The position numbers and the translations under genes were made by a program. DNA of 60,139 bases, counting the filler. It is 8 parts of 8 records of this genome, joined end to end, with 100 filler letters (N's around TTAATTAATTAA, not from the genome) between each part and the next. Parts side by side here need not be neighbours in the genome. Positions count along the whole stretch, not along the records: positions 45,693 to 54,609 come from SRR31147125_9039; positions 54,710 to 60,139 come from SRR31147125_9055; 6 more parts are not named here. One strand, 5' to 3'. The notes below the pieces were generated by a model. The model saw nothing but the letters and a program-made list of their open reading frames with translations. It did not search any database and was not told the origin of the DNA. Shown one piece after another: positions 49,401-59,565 of the stretch. Position 1 is the stretch's first letter. Every line of letters begins with the position of its first letter.

Positions 49401-50743
49401 ACGAATCCTCCTTGAGCCTTTTCTCTCCCGACGGGGACGGAGAACTTGATGAAGTTGTCATTTTACAGGAAAGCTCCACCGAAGCTCTCTGGATAGGAAC
49501 CATCTCCAACGAAGACGGAGCGGTTGTCCGGGAGTACTTCTGGAAGGACAACGCCCAGACCTTCCGCTGGGACGGAAAAGACGGTGAGGGCAATATCCTC
49601 CCCGACGGCATCTACAGCTACCTGCTGGTCTCTGAGGATAAGGCCGGAAACAGAAGTGAAGGTGCTCCGATCTCTTTTGAAATGGACGCTTCTCCCCGGG
49701 TCTGTTATGTAACCGCCGATGGGGACGGCTTTTCACCCAACCACAACGGACACTTTGAAGATTTTCAATTCAATGTCATTATCCCGAACAAGGAGGGGAT
49801 ATCCGAATGGTCCCTCTCCATCCTCAATGAAGCGGGTAATCCTGTGAAAACCTTCTCAGAAGAGATTATACCCGACCGCATCGTCTGGGATGGTCTCTCT
49901 GACAGGAATCGCAGTGTTCCGGACGGCAGCTATACGGGAAAACTCGAGGTCAGCTACCTGAAGGGCAACAGCCCCGCATCCGAAACAGCTCCCTTTATTA
50001 TTGACACAGGAAAACCGGAGCTGAATCTTACAGTTCTGCCTCTCCCTTTTTCTCCTGATAACGACGGGATTGATGATGAACTTAATATCCTCCCTGAAAT
50101 AAGGGATATGTCTGATATCAGAATGTGGATTCTCGTTATTTCTGATCGAAACGGAAGGGGATTTAAAACCTACAGCGGTTCGGACAGCCTTGCTTCTGAG
50201 ATTATTTGGGACGGCCGGGGAGACAATGGAGAACTTGTGACTTCAGCAGAGGATTACTACTATAGTTTCTCGGCAGTTGATCGATGGAATAACAGATCCG
50301 AGACGGGAGGAACAATTCCAGTAGACGTTCTGGTCATAAGAGTTGGCGATCTTCTGAAAATTCAGATTGCCTCCATTCAGTTTGCACCGGACAGTCCTGA
50401 GCTGAGTGAGGATTCCCAGGAAATTATCGATCGGAATATAACAGTTTTGAGACGTCTTTCTGATATTCTCAGAAAGTATGAACGATACAATATAACAATT
50501 GAAGGCCATGCGGCTCTTCTCAGATGGAATAATCCTGCGGCCGCGGAAAAGGAAGAGAGAGAAGAACTCCAGCCCCTCTCCAAAGCCCGGGCCGAGACTG
50601 TTAAAAACTACCTCATTCAGCTGGGGATCGATGGAAACCGTATCAACACCCTCGGCAGGGGAGGCACCCAGCCTGTTGTTCCCCATTCGGATACGGAAAA
50701 CCGCTGGAAAAACAGAAGGGTAGAGTTTATTCTCGAAAAATAG
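46487..50743 (+). CDS. Large outer-envelope protein: predicted N-terminal beta-barrel, 8 FlgD-Ig-like repeats, C-terminal OmpA peptidoglycan-binding domain
   Basis: RBS AAGGAG, signal peptide, SINPAA motif with amphipathic strands, eight (F/I)SP repeats mostly with DG/WDG motifs, and IEGH...LS..RA..V..YL...G....NRRVEF. Confidence 0.8.
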   Translation: MKRCVLISLISIILSFAVFSDGDESVYESVSPAFLGGGWSTVSSLSPQADSINPAASARTQRITLDLSYIGYGFDNTTSGWSGLVINAGGTIPSRVGVFTVSGHFRISSWETMNLATQFDLNGSFAKELYENFLLGAGLNTSFGSTAAVTMDLGMIHTPGDLLIFPDFRWGVALQEFGWVSKTSDYPSVFTLSAGAGAVWSLGKDFDIGATADLSFPTFQNVRFSLGGDFSFRDLLGVRISSEADLLELIDGDYSALIPSFGLYYNYTTSVSEEKLSSGMVEQGWNNSSINISSSAAPLGNGLWGIGGGVNIPLGVIDKNAPVIELDVTGFRYSTDPEADEDAEEESEESDSASGDSPDDGGETALNKGDGKSNADAGSEGTEVGIFTKFSKGQKTVGRTQNSATEEKGLVKDPAEAAAVAVVEYISPNNDGKYDDLDFPLKITDTRYIRGFALVIQDLDGNIIRKIGNKEERQENAGFSGFFKRLFYVEKGLTIPESLRWDGTSDEGSVVPDGKYIFYLQAWDDNGNQGFSEPYAIIVDNTAPSVKLTPPDAFNLIFSPDGDGNKDTLSIGLEGAAEDLWTLELRNSGGDLVRTYSWRDAEPESIIWDGTSGQGEILADDVYHCSIFSTDKAGNSFQTGFENIIINTIPTPVSLSVSNSYFSPGNIDAIENIELGLSIPVREGIIDWELVIMDENRPVKSFSGTNDPPQALLYRGETDAGNLLAEGDYRAELSLAYINGSKPSAVSPEFHVDVTRPDADVNISYNVFSPNGDDNKDTVKIYQETSREDEWTGIIFDEEENTVASFTWIDTPDAVLEWDGYYGAGERAPDGDYYYRLSAMDRAGNLGISRTLRFSLDTEETPVLLSAGLDAFSPNGDAVREELSLKPELRIIEGIDKWELRILNSDEAVVRTYSGAGNPQNEISWDGFTDGGRKADDGEYRAEFEVVYTKGDVSLAGSRRFIIDTEYPELSYESSLSLFSPDGDGELDEVVILQESSTEALWIGTISNEDGAVVREYFWKDNAQTFRWDGKDGEGNILPDGIYSYLLVSEDKAGNRSEGAPISFEMDASPRVCYVTADGDGFSPNHNGHFEDFQFNVIIPNKEGISEWSLSILNEAGNPVKTFSEEIIPDRIVWDGLSDRNRSVPDGSYTGKLEVSYLKGNSPASETAPFIIDTGKPELNLTVLPLPFSPDNDGIDDELNILPEIRDMSDIRMWILVISDRNGRGFKTYSGSDSLASEIIWDGRGDNGELVTSAEDYYYSFSAVDRWNNRSETGGTIPVDVLVIRVGDLLKIQIASIQFAPDSPELSEDSQEIIDRNITVLRRLSDILRKYERYNITIEGHAALLRWNNPAAAEKEEREELQPLSKARAETVKNYLIQLGIDGNRINTLGRGGTQPVVPHSDTENRWKNRRVEFILEK

Positions 50744-50750
50744 GACAGGA

Positions 50751-51767
50751 ATGAAGTACATAAGAATTATCGCTGCCATTATTATTTTTCTATTGGTTTG
50801 CACAGCGGCTCTCATAGCGGTTGTCTACAATTTCAACACCTCCCCTGGGACAATCGAGGAGGATGATTATTTCCGAATCAGCCGGGGTGAAAACGGGACA
50901 AGAATTGCCTCCCGCCTGGAGGAGGAGGGGTTTATCAAATCGGCTCAGGCCTTCTCCCTCTACGCACGGGTGACCGGTACCGGCGGTCAGATGAAAACGG
51001 GTTATTATCGCATCCCCGCTGGTGCCAGTATGAAGGAGATCCATGACCTTCTGCTTCAGGGACGTCAGGTTCTCTACAGCATCACGATTCCCGAGGGCTG
51101 GACTCTCCGGGATATAGGAGAGGAGCTGGAAAAAACCGGAATAACAAGTGCCGCTGATTTTATCCGGGCTGCTGAATCTGGTGTGGCCCCGGGGGAATAC
51201 GGGATTGAAACCGAAACGGCAGAAGGGTTTCTCTATCCCGATACTTACAGCTTTCCCCTGGATTTTCCGTCAGAGAAGGTCGTAGCGTCAATGGTAAAAA
51301 CCTTTTTTGATAAATTGGGAGAAATCACCGATTACTCCTCCATGGTCAGCGGAGATCTCTACAGTAAAATCATTCTTGCATCCATTGTGGAAAAAGAGTA
51401 CAGAGTGGCAGATGAAGCGGCCATGATTGCTTCAGTTTTCTACAACCGTCTTAATATCGATATGCCCCTTCAATCCTGTGCCTCCGTGGTTTACATCATT
51501 ACGGAACTGCAGGGAAAAGAACATCCCGATACGATTTACTATTCGGATCTGGAGATTGAATCGGACTATAATACCTATATCCATGAAGGGCTGCCTCCCG
51601 CTCCTATTGCCAATCCGGGATTTACAGCACTGAATGCTGTCTTTCATCCGGAGGAGAGTGAATACTTTTATTTTCTTCTGAAGGATGCCAATGCCGGGCG
51701 TCATATTTTTTCAAAGACCTACGGTGAACACAATCAGGCCTACTCTCTCTACATAAAAAAGGATTAG
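50751..51767 (+). CDS. mltG: Endolytic transglycosylase MltG
   Basis: TM anchor and motifs TIPEG, EGFLYPDTY, LASIVEKE, VFYNRL, YNTY...GLPP.PI.NPG and H.FS.TY.EH. Confidence 0.95.
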   Translation: MKYIRIIAAIIIFLLVCTAALIAVVYNFNTSPGTIEEDDYFRISRGENGTRIASRLEEEGFIKSAQAFSLYARVTGTGGQMKTGYYRIPAGASMKEIHDLLLQGRQVLYSITIPEGWTLRDIGEELEKTGITSAADFIRAAESGVAPGEYGIETETAEGFLYPDTYSFPLDFPSEKVVASMVKTFFDKLGEITDYSSMVSGDLYSKIILASIVEKEYRVADEAAMIASVFYNRLNIDMPLQSCASVVYIITELQGKEHPDTIYYSDLEIESDYNTYIHEGLPPAPIANPGFTALNAVFHPEESEYFYFLLKDANAGRHIFSKTYGEHNQAYSLYIKKD

Positions 51768-51780
51768 TGGTCAATCGAAA

Positions 51781-53544
51781 ATGAAAATACCTGATGACAA
51801 GCTTCAGGAAATAACAGACAGGGTTGATATTGTAGAAATCGTCGGGGCATATGTGACCCTGAAAAAAACAGGCCGTGCCTGGACGGGACTCTGTCCTTTT
51901 CACAACGAGAAAACCCCCTCATTCAACGTGAATGCGGAACGCAAGTTTTTTCACTGCTTCGGCTGCGGAAAAGGAGGGAGTGTTTTTAAATTCCTGATGG
52001 AAGTCGAAGGTCTCACCTTTCCGGAAGCGGTTGAGAAACTGGCAGACAAAACAGGTGTAATCATTGAAAAAACCGGAGGAAGCCGGGAGGATGGCTTTTT
52101 CAAGGCCATGTATGATCTCTACTCCCGGGTAGCCGGCAGTTTTGAATATATGCTTAAGGAGGTGGAAAGGGCGGATCCCGCACGACGATACCTTCAGGAT
52201 CGCGGAGTTAGTGAGGAAATGATGAAACTCTTCCGGCTTGGCTGGGCCCCGGACGATCGGTTCTGGCTTCACAATTTTCTCCGAAAGAAAAACTTTTCCG
52301 ACTCCTTCCTCGAGAAATCAGGTCTTTTTACTCATAAAAATCCCCGGGCGTCTCTCTTCTGGAACAGGGTCATTTTCCCCATTACCAATGCCACCGGAGC
52401 GGAAATCGGATTTGGTGGAAGGGCTCTGCGTGAAGGCGGACCGAAATACATGAACTCCCCGGAATCTCCCTTTTTTCAGAAGAGGCGAAATCTCTATGGA
52501 CTCTCCCATGGGCTGCAGGATATAAGAAAGGAGGGGCAGTTCATTCTGGTTGAGGGATATTTTGATGTTATCGCCTTTTTCCAGGCTGGAATTAAAAGAG
52601 CGGTAGCTCCCCTGGGCACCTCATTCACAGAAGACCAGGCCCGGGTTATGAGGCGTTATGCTGAAAAGGGCGTCCTTGTTTTTGATGGTGATGAGGCCGG
52701 AAAAAGGGCTTCGATGAAGGCTGTTCATATCTGTGAGAGCGCCGGCATAAAATCGACAGTTGTTTCTCTGCCGCCCGGTCAGGATCCTGCGGACATTCTT
52801 AAAAAATTCGGCCCCGAGGCGTTGCATAAACTTCTTAAATCTACTATAAATAACTTTGATTATTTACTGGAGAAAGCTTTAGAGGATAAGAATCCTGATG
52901 ACCCTGAAGAAAAAGAGGTGATCCTGCGGGAATTGATGCCGTTTCTGGAAGGTATTGAATCGCAGGTCCGGAGAGAGGGTATGATCAGAAAGCTATCCGA
53001 AGTACTATCGGTAGAATATCAATCTATAGAGGTTGATTTAAGCAGACTGGGGAGAAGGATAGGATCTGTACAGGGATCTGAAAAAATTAAGGTAGAAAAC
53101 ATCTCTAAGGAACTGTACCTGATGCTGGCAACAGTGGTGAATCGGGAACAGTTTTCGTATGTTCGGGAGAAATTAAAGCTTGAAGACTTTGAGGATTCCC
53201 GGGCCAGGTCTGTATATATTGCATTGGAAGAAAAATTCAGGGCGGGAGATTCAGCTCCGCTTGTTCTGGAGCAGCTTGACGATGCCGGTCTGCAGACCCT
53301 TTTAACCGCCAGAATGACCACCGGTGAATTCAGTACGAATCCGGTAAACATTATCCGTCAAAGTGTGGTGGAAATTAAAAGGGACAGCATTGAAAGGCAG
53401 CGTAAGGTTATTGAAAGAAGGCTTCAGGACAACAGGAACGGAGAGGGACATCAGGAAGAACTCAGACTCCTGTCCGACAAGATGTATTTGGATAAAGAAA
53501 CAGAGAAACTGAGGATGATGGGTAATGACGGAAATTCAGACTGA
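51781..53544 (+). CDS. dnaG: DNA primase
   Basis: CPFH.EKTPSF...CFGC zinc finger, FGGR, PKY.NSPE, VEGYFDV and FDGD.AG. Confidence 0.97.
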   Translation: MKIPDDKLQEITDRVDIVEIVGAYVTLKKTGRAWTGLCPFHNEKTPSFNVNAERKFFHCFGCGKGGSVFKFLMEVEGLTFPEAVEKLADKTGVIIEKTGGSREDGFFKAMYDLYSRVAGSFEYMLKEVERADPARRYLQDRGVSEEMMKLFRLGWAPDDRFWLHNFLRKKNFSDSFLEKSGLFTHKNPRASLFWNRVIFPITNATGAEIGFGGRALREGGPKYMNSPESPFFQKRRNLYGLSHGLQDIRKEGQFILVEGYFDVIAFFQAGIKRAVAPLGTSFTEDQARVMRRYAEKGVLVFDGDEAGKRASMKAVHICESAGIKSTVVSLPPGQDPADILKKFGPEALHKLLKSTINNFDYLLEKALEDKNPDDPEEKEVILRELMPFLEGIESQVRREGMIRKLSEVLSVEYQSIEVDLSRLGRRIGSVQGSEKIKVENISKELYLMLATVVNREQFSYVREKLKLEDFEDSRARSVYIALEEKFRAGDSAPLVLEQLDDAGLQTLLTARMTTGEFSTNPVNIIRQSVVEIKRDSIERQRKVIERRLQDNRNGEGHQEELRLLSDKMYLDKETEKLRMMGNDGNSD

Positions 53545-54609
53545 TCCGGCTGTAGTCAAGCTGATTGAATATGGAAAAGAGAAGAAGGTTCTGACTTACG
53601 ATGAAGTCAATGATCTCCTTCCTGACTCCATCGTAAACTCCGACAAGATCGAAGAGGTGATGGCTCTTCTTGAAAAGAACAAAATTGTTCTGGAAGAGGA
53701 GACCCGGGAAAAAGAGGAAGAGAAAGAGCCTGCTAAACCGGCGCCACCTGCAAAAAAAATATTATATAACGATAAAGACTCAATGGTTGATGATCCCATT
53801 CGACTTTACCTTCGGGAGATCGGTAAGGAAAATCTTCTTACGGCGGAACAGGAAGTTATTCTTTCAAAGAGAATGGAAGAGGGTGAGAATATTATAAAGG
53901 ATGTTATTAAACATTCCGGTATGATAATCCCTGAAATGTTCCGTCTCGTTAAGAAAATGAACGCCAAGATCGACCCGAAAGAGATGGATCTGACGAAGAA
54001 AGAGATTTCTGATATGCTCGGGGAAAAGCGCAGGCTGACCCAGAACTATAAGGACGCCATCCGGGAATCCAATGCTGCTCTGAAACAGTATATTGATCTG
54101 AAACAGAAAGCCATTATGGTCGGCGCCGATGTTCTTGACGATGAAGCTTTGATCAAAAAGAGAAAAAGCTGATCAAAAGTTTGGGCAAGATCGAACTTCA
54201 TCAGGAAGAGATCACCTATTTTTCAGAAAAATTCGTCACCGCTCAGAGAAAGATCAAACGGTACCGTAAAGAACAGACAAAGATTGAACGTCGTCTCCGG
54301 GTTTCGAGTTCCCGGGAGCTTCGCTCTATGGGTCGGGGGCTTGCAATTACCGACCAGCGCCGAAAGATAGAAGAGGACCTTCAGATGTCTTCGGATATGA
54401 TCAAGGAAAAGATCCGACAGATACAGCTGACTGAAAAAAAGCTTAAAAAGATGGAGCTTGAGTTCGAAGAGCCCATTGATAAAATTCTGGATCAGGCTCA
54501 GGAGATAAACCGGGGTCGTATTCTTATGAAGAACGCGAAAGACAAACTGATCCAGGCCAACCTGAGACTGGTCGTCAGTATCGCAAAAAAATACACCAAC
54601 CGTGGTCTC
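53525..54609 (+). CDS. rpoD: RNA polymerase sigma factor RpoD (3' truncated, frameshift at A5 54163-54167)
   Basis: Region 1.1 (LTYDEVND.LP), region 1.2 (DDPIRLYLREIG..LL), then ANLRLVVSIAKKYTNRGL in the next frame. One added A joins ORFs 53525 and 54181. Confidence 0.93.
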
Positions 54610-54709
54610 NNNNNNNNNNNNNNNNNNNNNNNNNNNNNNNNNNNNNNNNNNNNTTAATTAATTAANNNNNNNNNNNNNNNNNNNNNNNNNNNNNNNNNNN
54701 NNNNNNNNN
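54610..54709. other. Artificial contig spacer
   Basis: N44-TTAATTAATTAA-N44. Confidence 0.98.
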
Positions 54710-55560
54710 GGGGGATTCTCGGACTCATGGGAGAACTCGACCGAGCCGGGCTATTGGATACAACAGTGGGCCGAGCAGATGGCATGAATCTGGGCGAAGC
54801 TCTTGATAATTACGACATTATGCGCCCGACGGTATCAGACCAGGCTGTTAAACTCTACCAAAGTGCAGCGGGGCAAAACGGCAGGAATCTGGTCATGGGC
54901 TCTCAACACTCTCTGTACGACGAACTTGATAAAGACCGGGAAGTAGGCTGCATACGCAACATCGAACACGCATATTCTCAAGAAGGAGGGTTAGCCGTCC
55001 TCTATGGGAATATTGCCGAAAAGGGCAGTATCGTTAAAACGGCCGGGGTTGACCCTTCTATTTTTCATTTTACCGGCAAAGCAAAGGTTTATGTTTCCCA
55101 GGAAGACGCCTGTAAAGCAATATTAGATGACGAAATACAGGCAGGCGACATAGTTTTTATTCTTCACGAAGGCCCCAAAGGAGGACCGGGAATGCAGGAG
55201 ATGCTATACCCCACGTCTTATATTAAGTCTAAAAAGCTCGGATCTTCCTGCGCGCTGGTAACTGATGGCAGATTTTCCGGCGCAACCTCCGGCTTGTCAA
55301 TCGGACATGTTTCTCCCGAAGCGGCAAGCGGCGGTCTGATAGCTCTTGTTCAGGACGGAGACCAGGTTGAAATAGACATCCCATCAAGGTTAATTAATTT
55401 AATGATCAGCAACGAAGAGCTCTCGGCACGCCTTGAGCATGAGAAGTCAAAAGGTTCAGATGGATTCAAGCCAAATCGTGACCGCAAAGTGTCAAAAGCG
55501 CTCCAGGCATATGGAAAGCTTGCCGCCTCTGCAGACACAGGAGCAATCAGAGAGCTTTAA
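54710..55560 (+). CDS. ilvD: Dihydroxy-acid dehydratase (5' truncated)
   Basis: Motifs [36 protein letters not shown] and [11 protein letters not shown]. Confidence 0.96.
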
Positions 55561-55611
55561 AAACAACATGTCCGTTACCTGTATTGTCTAAACATTATCA
55601 GAAGGTGGTAA

Positions 55612-57588
55612 GTGGGCGAAATACTATTTATCTCACCGTATCCGGAATTGGCGGAGATAGCGCACAAAGTTATCGGTAACAGTGATGATGTAGATGTCGA
55701 AGTAACCCGGATGGACAAGGCTGTACAGTTTGCTCTGCAGGCCGAACAACAAGGATATCAGGTTATCGTCAGTCGTGGACTGACAGCCTCAAAAATTGTC
55801 GCATCTGGTATTGACCTACCCGTAATAAACCTCCGCATCAGCGGCTACGACATTTTACGGGCATACACTGAAGCCAAGCGTCTTGGCAAAAAGATCGGTA
55901 TTGTTGATGTTGAGGATGTCATCCTGGGACTGGACAGTCTTGAAAAAATAGTCAACGACAAACTGATCAAGTATTGCTGCCAGAATGATCTTGACGATAT
56001 CGTCAAAGGTGTTCGATATCTAAAGAAAAAGGGAGCAAATGTCGTTATCGGCAAGATTGCGATGGCCCGTGAAGCCAGAGCTCTGGGAATGGATGCTGTA
56101 ATTATTACTTCAGCGATTGAAACCGTCAGGGACGGCATCCTGGAAGCCAGACGAGTCAATGATGTCAGGAAACAGGAAAAGCGAAAAGCCGAACAGTTAA
56201 AAGCAATGCTCAACTTTACTTATGACGGAATAATCGCCCTCGACAAGTATGAGAAGATCACCCTGTTCAACAAAATAGCGGAGGATCTCTCCGGCTGGCC
56301 GGCTGAAAAAGCTATCAACACTCATATTACCGAAGTAATTCCGGATGCCGGATGTCAACACCTGCTCCGAACCGGCAGACCAGAGCTGGGAGCCATGTTT
56401 AAAATTGGCAATGTGAAAGTTGTCGCCAACCGTGTTCCCATAATCGTTGACAACCACATTGAAGGGGTTGTCACGACTTTTCAAAAACTGGATGTCCTAC
56501 AAAAAATTGAAAGTCAGGTACGGCGAAAGCTTTCAGGGAAAGGACTCTCTGCACACTCACAGTTCAAAGATATAATAGGAGACAGTGTGGCGCTGAACAA
56601 CACCGTCGCACTTGCAAAAGAATACGCTGCTATCGATTCAACCATATTGTTGTATGGAAAAACGGGTACAGGAAAAGAAATATTTGCCCAGGCAATTCAC
56701 AACGAAAGCAGAAGAAGAAACGAACCTTTTGTAGCTATAAATTGCGCAGCATTGCCTGAAAGTCTGCTGGAAAGTGAGTTGTTTGGCTACGTCGAAGGGG
56801 CGTTTACCGGTGCTCGCCGCGGCGGCAAAGCGGGCGTTTTTGAGATGGCCCACGGTGGTACACTGATGCTGGACGAAGTAGCTGAGATGCCACCAATGCT
56901 GCAGTCCCGTTTTTTACGGGCAATTGAACAAAGAGAGGTGATGCGTCTTGGTGACAGTCGAATGGTGCCGATAAACGTCCGCCTTATTGCCGCCACCCAT
57001 CGAGATTTAAGAGAAATGGTGACAACCGGTGAATTCCGGGAAGACCTCTTTTACCGTTTAAATGTGCTATCACTGCCAATTCCAACCCTCAACGACCGCG
57101 ACGACGATATAATCCTGATTGCAGAGCATTTTCTCAAACATTTTTATACAAAGCAGAATAAACCGAATGGAATATTCTCTTCAAATTCGATCAAAATCCT
57201 TCTCGAATATGACTGGCCCGGTAATATCCGGCAACTCCGCAACGCAATGGAACGCCTGGCAGTCATGACCTCGGGAGGAATTATCAGATCACACGATGTT
57301 CAGAAGGCACTGCAAATCCAAAATTGTACCATTGTAAAAAACACTGGTACCAGGATAACTCAACATGATACAGGTCATTTTGAAACAAGCACGGCAAAAA
57401 CAATTTCTGCAGAAAAAATGTCTCCTAAAATACTGCCTTTACTACTCGGAAAGGAGAAGGCAATGTATGAGAAACAGCTGATCATTGAGGCATTGGAGGC
57501 TTGCAATGGAAACAGGACAAAAGCGTCACAACGGCTCGGAATCAGCAGGACAACATTGTGGAGAAAATTACAGCAACAGAATAATTGA
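55612..57588 (+). CDS. Sigma-54-dependent activator, PrpR-type (PrpR_N + PAS + AAA+ + Fis HTH)
   Basis: VIVSRG.TA (PrpR_N), PAS domain, G.TGTGKE, ESELFG, GAFTGA, WPGNIRQL and LGISRTTLWRK. Confidence 0.9.
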   Translation: MGEILFISPYPELAEIAHKVIGNSDDVDVEVTRMDKAVQFALQAEQQGYQVIVSRGLTASKIVASGIDLPVINLRISGYDILRAYTEAKRLGKKIGIVDVEDVILGLDSLEKIVNDKLIKYCCQNDLDDIVKGVRYLKKKGANVVIGKIAMAREARALGMDAVIITSAIETVRDGILEARRVNDVRKQEKRKAEQLKAMLNFTYDGIIALDKYEKITLFNKIAEDLSGWPAEKAINTHITEVIPDAGCQHLLRTGRPELGAMFKIGNVKVVANRVPIIVDNHIEGVVTTFQKLDVLQKIESQVRRKLSGKGLSAHSQFKDIIGDSVALNNTVALAKEYAAIDSTILLYGKTGTGKEIFAQAIHNESRRRNEPFVAINCAALPESLLESELFGYVEGAFTGARRGGKAGVFEMAHGGTLMLDEVAEMPPMLQSRFLRAIEQREVMRLGDSRMVPINVRLIAATHRDLREMVTTGEFREDLFYRLNVLSLPIPTLNDRDDDIILIAEHFLKHFYTKQNKPNGIFSSNSIKILLEYDWPGNIRQLRNAMERLAVMTSGGIIRSHDVQKALQIQNCTIVKNTGTRITQHDTGHFETSTAKTISAEKMSPKILPLLLGKEKAMYEKQLIIEALEACNGNRTKASQRLGISRTTLWRKLQQQNN

Positions 57589-57704
57589 GCTCCGGTCACT
57601 GTTTCACTACTATCTTTCGTGATCGTCTCTTTTCTCTATTGAGCTGATATTGAACCGGATAAAAAGCTGCCGCTTAAAAAAATAACCCTGAAGAGCTAAC
57701 AAAA

Positions 57705-58538
57705 ATGAGCATAACATTAACAACGTTATCTGAAAACACCGCAGGAAAGATCGGTTTACATGCAGAATGGGGCTGGAGCATTCTGGTTGAAACAAACAAT
57801 AAACGTATTCTCGTTGATACTGGCGGCGACTCCGTCGCAACTCATAACGCTGACGCGCTGGGGGTGAATCTGAAAGGTATAGACTCCATACTCATCAGCC
57901 ATGCACATGCAGATCACTCAGGGGGATTAAGAAACGTTTTGAAGCGAACCGGGGTTGTGGAGGTAATTGCTCATCCTGCCGTGTGGGAAGACAAATGCAA
58001 AACCGACCTCAACGGCAACAATCCATATTACAACGGCATCCCTTTTGCAAAATCAGAACTGGAAAAATTAGCGCAATTCAATCTTCAAAAGGTTCCTGTC
58101 AAAATAGATGACGGTATATTGACAACCGGTGAAGTACCCATGCAAACAAGCTTTGAAAAATCAGAGCCCAATTTTTGGATCAAAACGGGAAACAGACTTC
58201 AGCATGATACCCTACTTGATGATCAGGCCCTGGTACTCTCACATCCTAAAGGTCTGGTCGTTGTCCTTGGATGTGCTCATCGCGGCATGATCAACACACT
58301 ACTCCATGCACGCAGGCTTACCGGAATTGACCACATTCATGCAGTTGTCGGGGGAACGCACCTGTATCCTAAAAACACAAATCAAACCGCGGAAACAATA
58401 AAGGCCCTCCGAGAACTAAAAGTTGAAAAACTGGGGGTTTCTCACTGCACCGGGTTCACCGCAGCCCGACACCTGGCAAATGCTTTTGAATCTAACTTCT
58501 TTCTCAATTCTGCGGGAACGATAACAACATTCGAGTAG
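57705..58538 (+). CDS. MBL-fold metallo-hydrolase (COG1237-like)
   Basis: Motifs HAEWG.S, DTG, SHAHADHSGG, GCAH.G, GG.HL and HCTG. Confidence 0.9.
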   Translation: MSITLTTLSENTAGKIGLHAEWGWSILVETNNKRILVDTGGDSVATHNADALGVNLKGIDSILISHAHADHSGGLRNVLKRTGVVEVIAHPAVWEDKCKTDLNGNNPYYNGIPFAKSELEKLAQFNLQKVPVKIDDGILTTGEVPMQTSFEKSEPNFWIKTGNRLQHDTLLDDQALVLSHPKGLVVVLGCAHRGMINTLLHARRLTGIDHIHAVVGGTHLYPKNTNQTAETIKALRELKVEKLGVSHCTGFTAARHLANAFESNFFLNSAGTITTFE

Positions 58539-59565
58539 CAGCAGACCAGTCCTGATAAAATCGGGGCTGCAATGTATCTCCCACTAAGTTATCCGGGTGC
58601 TTACCTGTTGATACTTCTTAAACCACTTCGGTCCAATACTGAAATTACTTTATAAGGAAAAGATATTGTTGTTTCTGTTCCACCGATATCGGTCGTAAGT
58701 AGCCACTTGCGCATTCTTGTATCAGCTCCCGTGTAATTGAGAACTTTGTTTTCCTTCCCGATTATTTTCACTCAAGCCCATTCGATGAATTGCTGAATTG
58801 TGTTATTAGGGGGCTCTGCGTACTTTGTAACTCGTATTTCTTTCTCCTGCGGCAGCTTTTGAAGTATCTTTATCTTAAGGCCAACTTGAAGAAGTAATTA
58901 CAATTCATTTTGTAGAGAAACAAAATAAAGGATGATTTCACTATTATCATTTGAAACTTGTCAATGACTAGAAACCAAGTAAACTGTGCTGCTTGATTGA
59001 TCGGCTCTTTACAATCGACTAATTGAATAATTTCTCAAGACGGCCAAGTTGAGCTTAGTGCAGGCATTGTTTATGATAGTGACTTCTGGATAAAAAACTG
59101 ACTGTAGCGGCTCAGTTTCTCCGGCTAATCGAACTGAGTGAGAATCGTCTTAGACACGTCTATCCGGACCTCAAAATTGCGGTCTTGGGGTGATGGAAGT
59201 CAAATAGCGGGCTGGTCAATATAGAGAGCCACTGATTCAGGTTAATAAAAATTGCAATGCCGCAATAATGATGTTTTTATTGCCTGACTTCCCGGTCGGA
59301 GGATACCTATATTTTATGCATAAAATTTCAATTAGAGCAATCAATGCCAGCAGGCGTCTTAACTGGTTTGTAGAAAGGCTTTAGAAGTTGGGGTATTATC
59401 AATACCGTATTTTGACCAGGAGAAGATAGAACACCGTGAGAAACTTTCGTTTAATCCTGATATGGCTCCAGGCCTTGGCCCATAATTGGCAAACGAAGCC
59501 CCTCCACCATTCCAACGTAAGAGACTCGTCTTCGCACTGTTAACCGTTTAAGAAATTCTGCACAT

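Noticed and set aside
1453..50743. Functional link between T9SS porZ and the CTD-like FSPNGDG repeats of the giant protein
   Set aside because: They lie on different contigs from different phyla, so their co-occurrence in the window is artificial.
53525..54609. rpoD as a naturally split gene or pseudogene
   Set aside because: It is an essential gene, one added A in an A5 run restores it, and the same error type recurs through the window.
59451..59565. C-terminal part of the 223-aa ORF 59451-60122
   Set aside because: It is out-of-frame read-through after the indel near 59780; the plausible protein ends at 59566.
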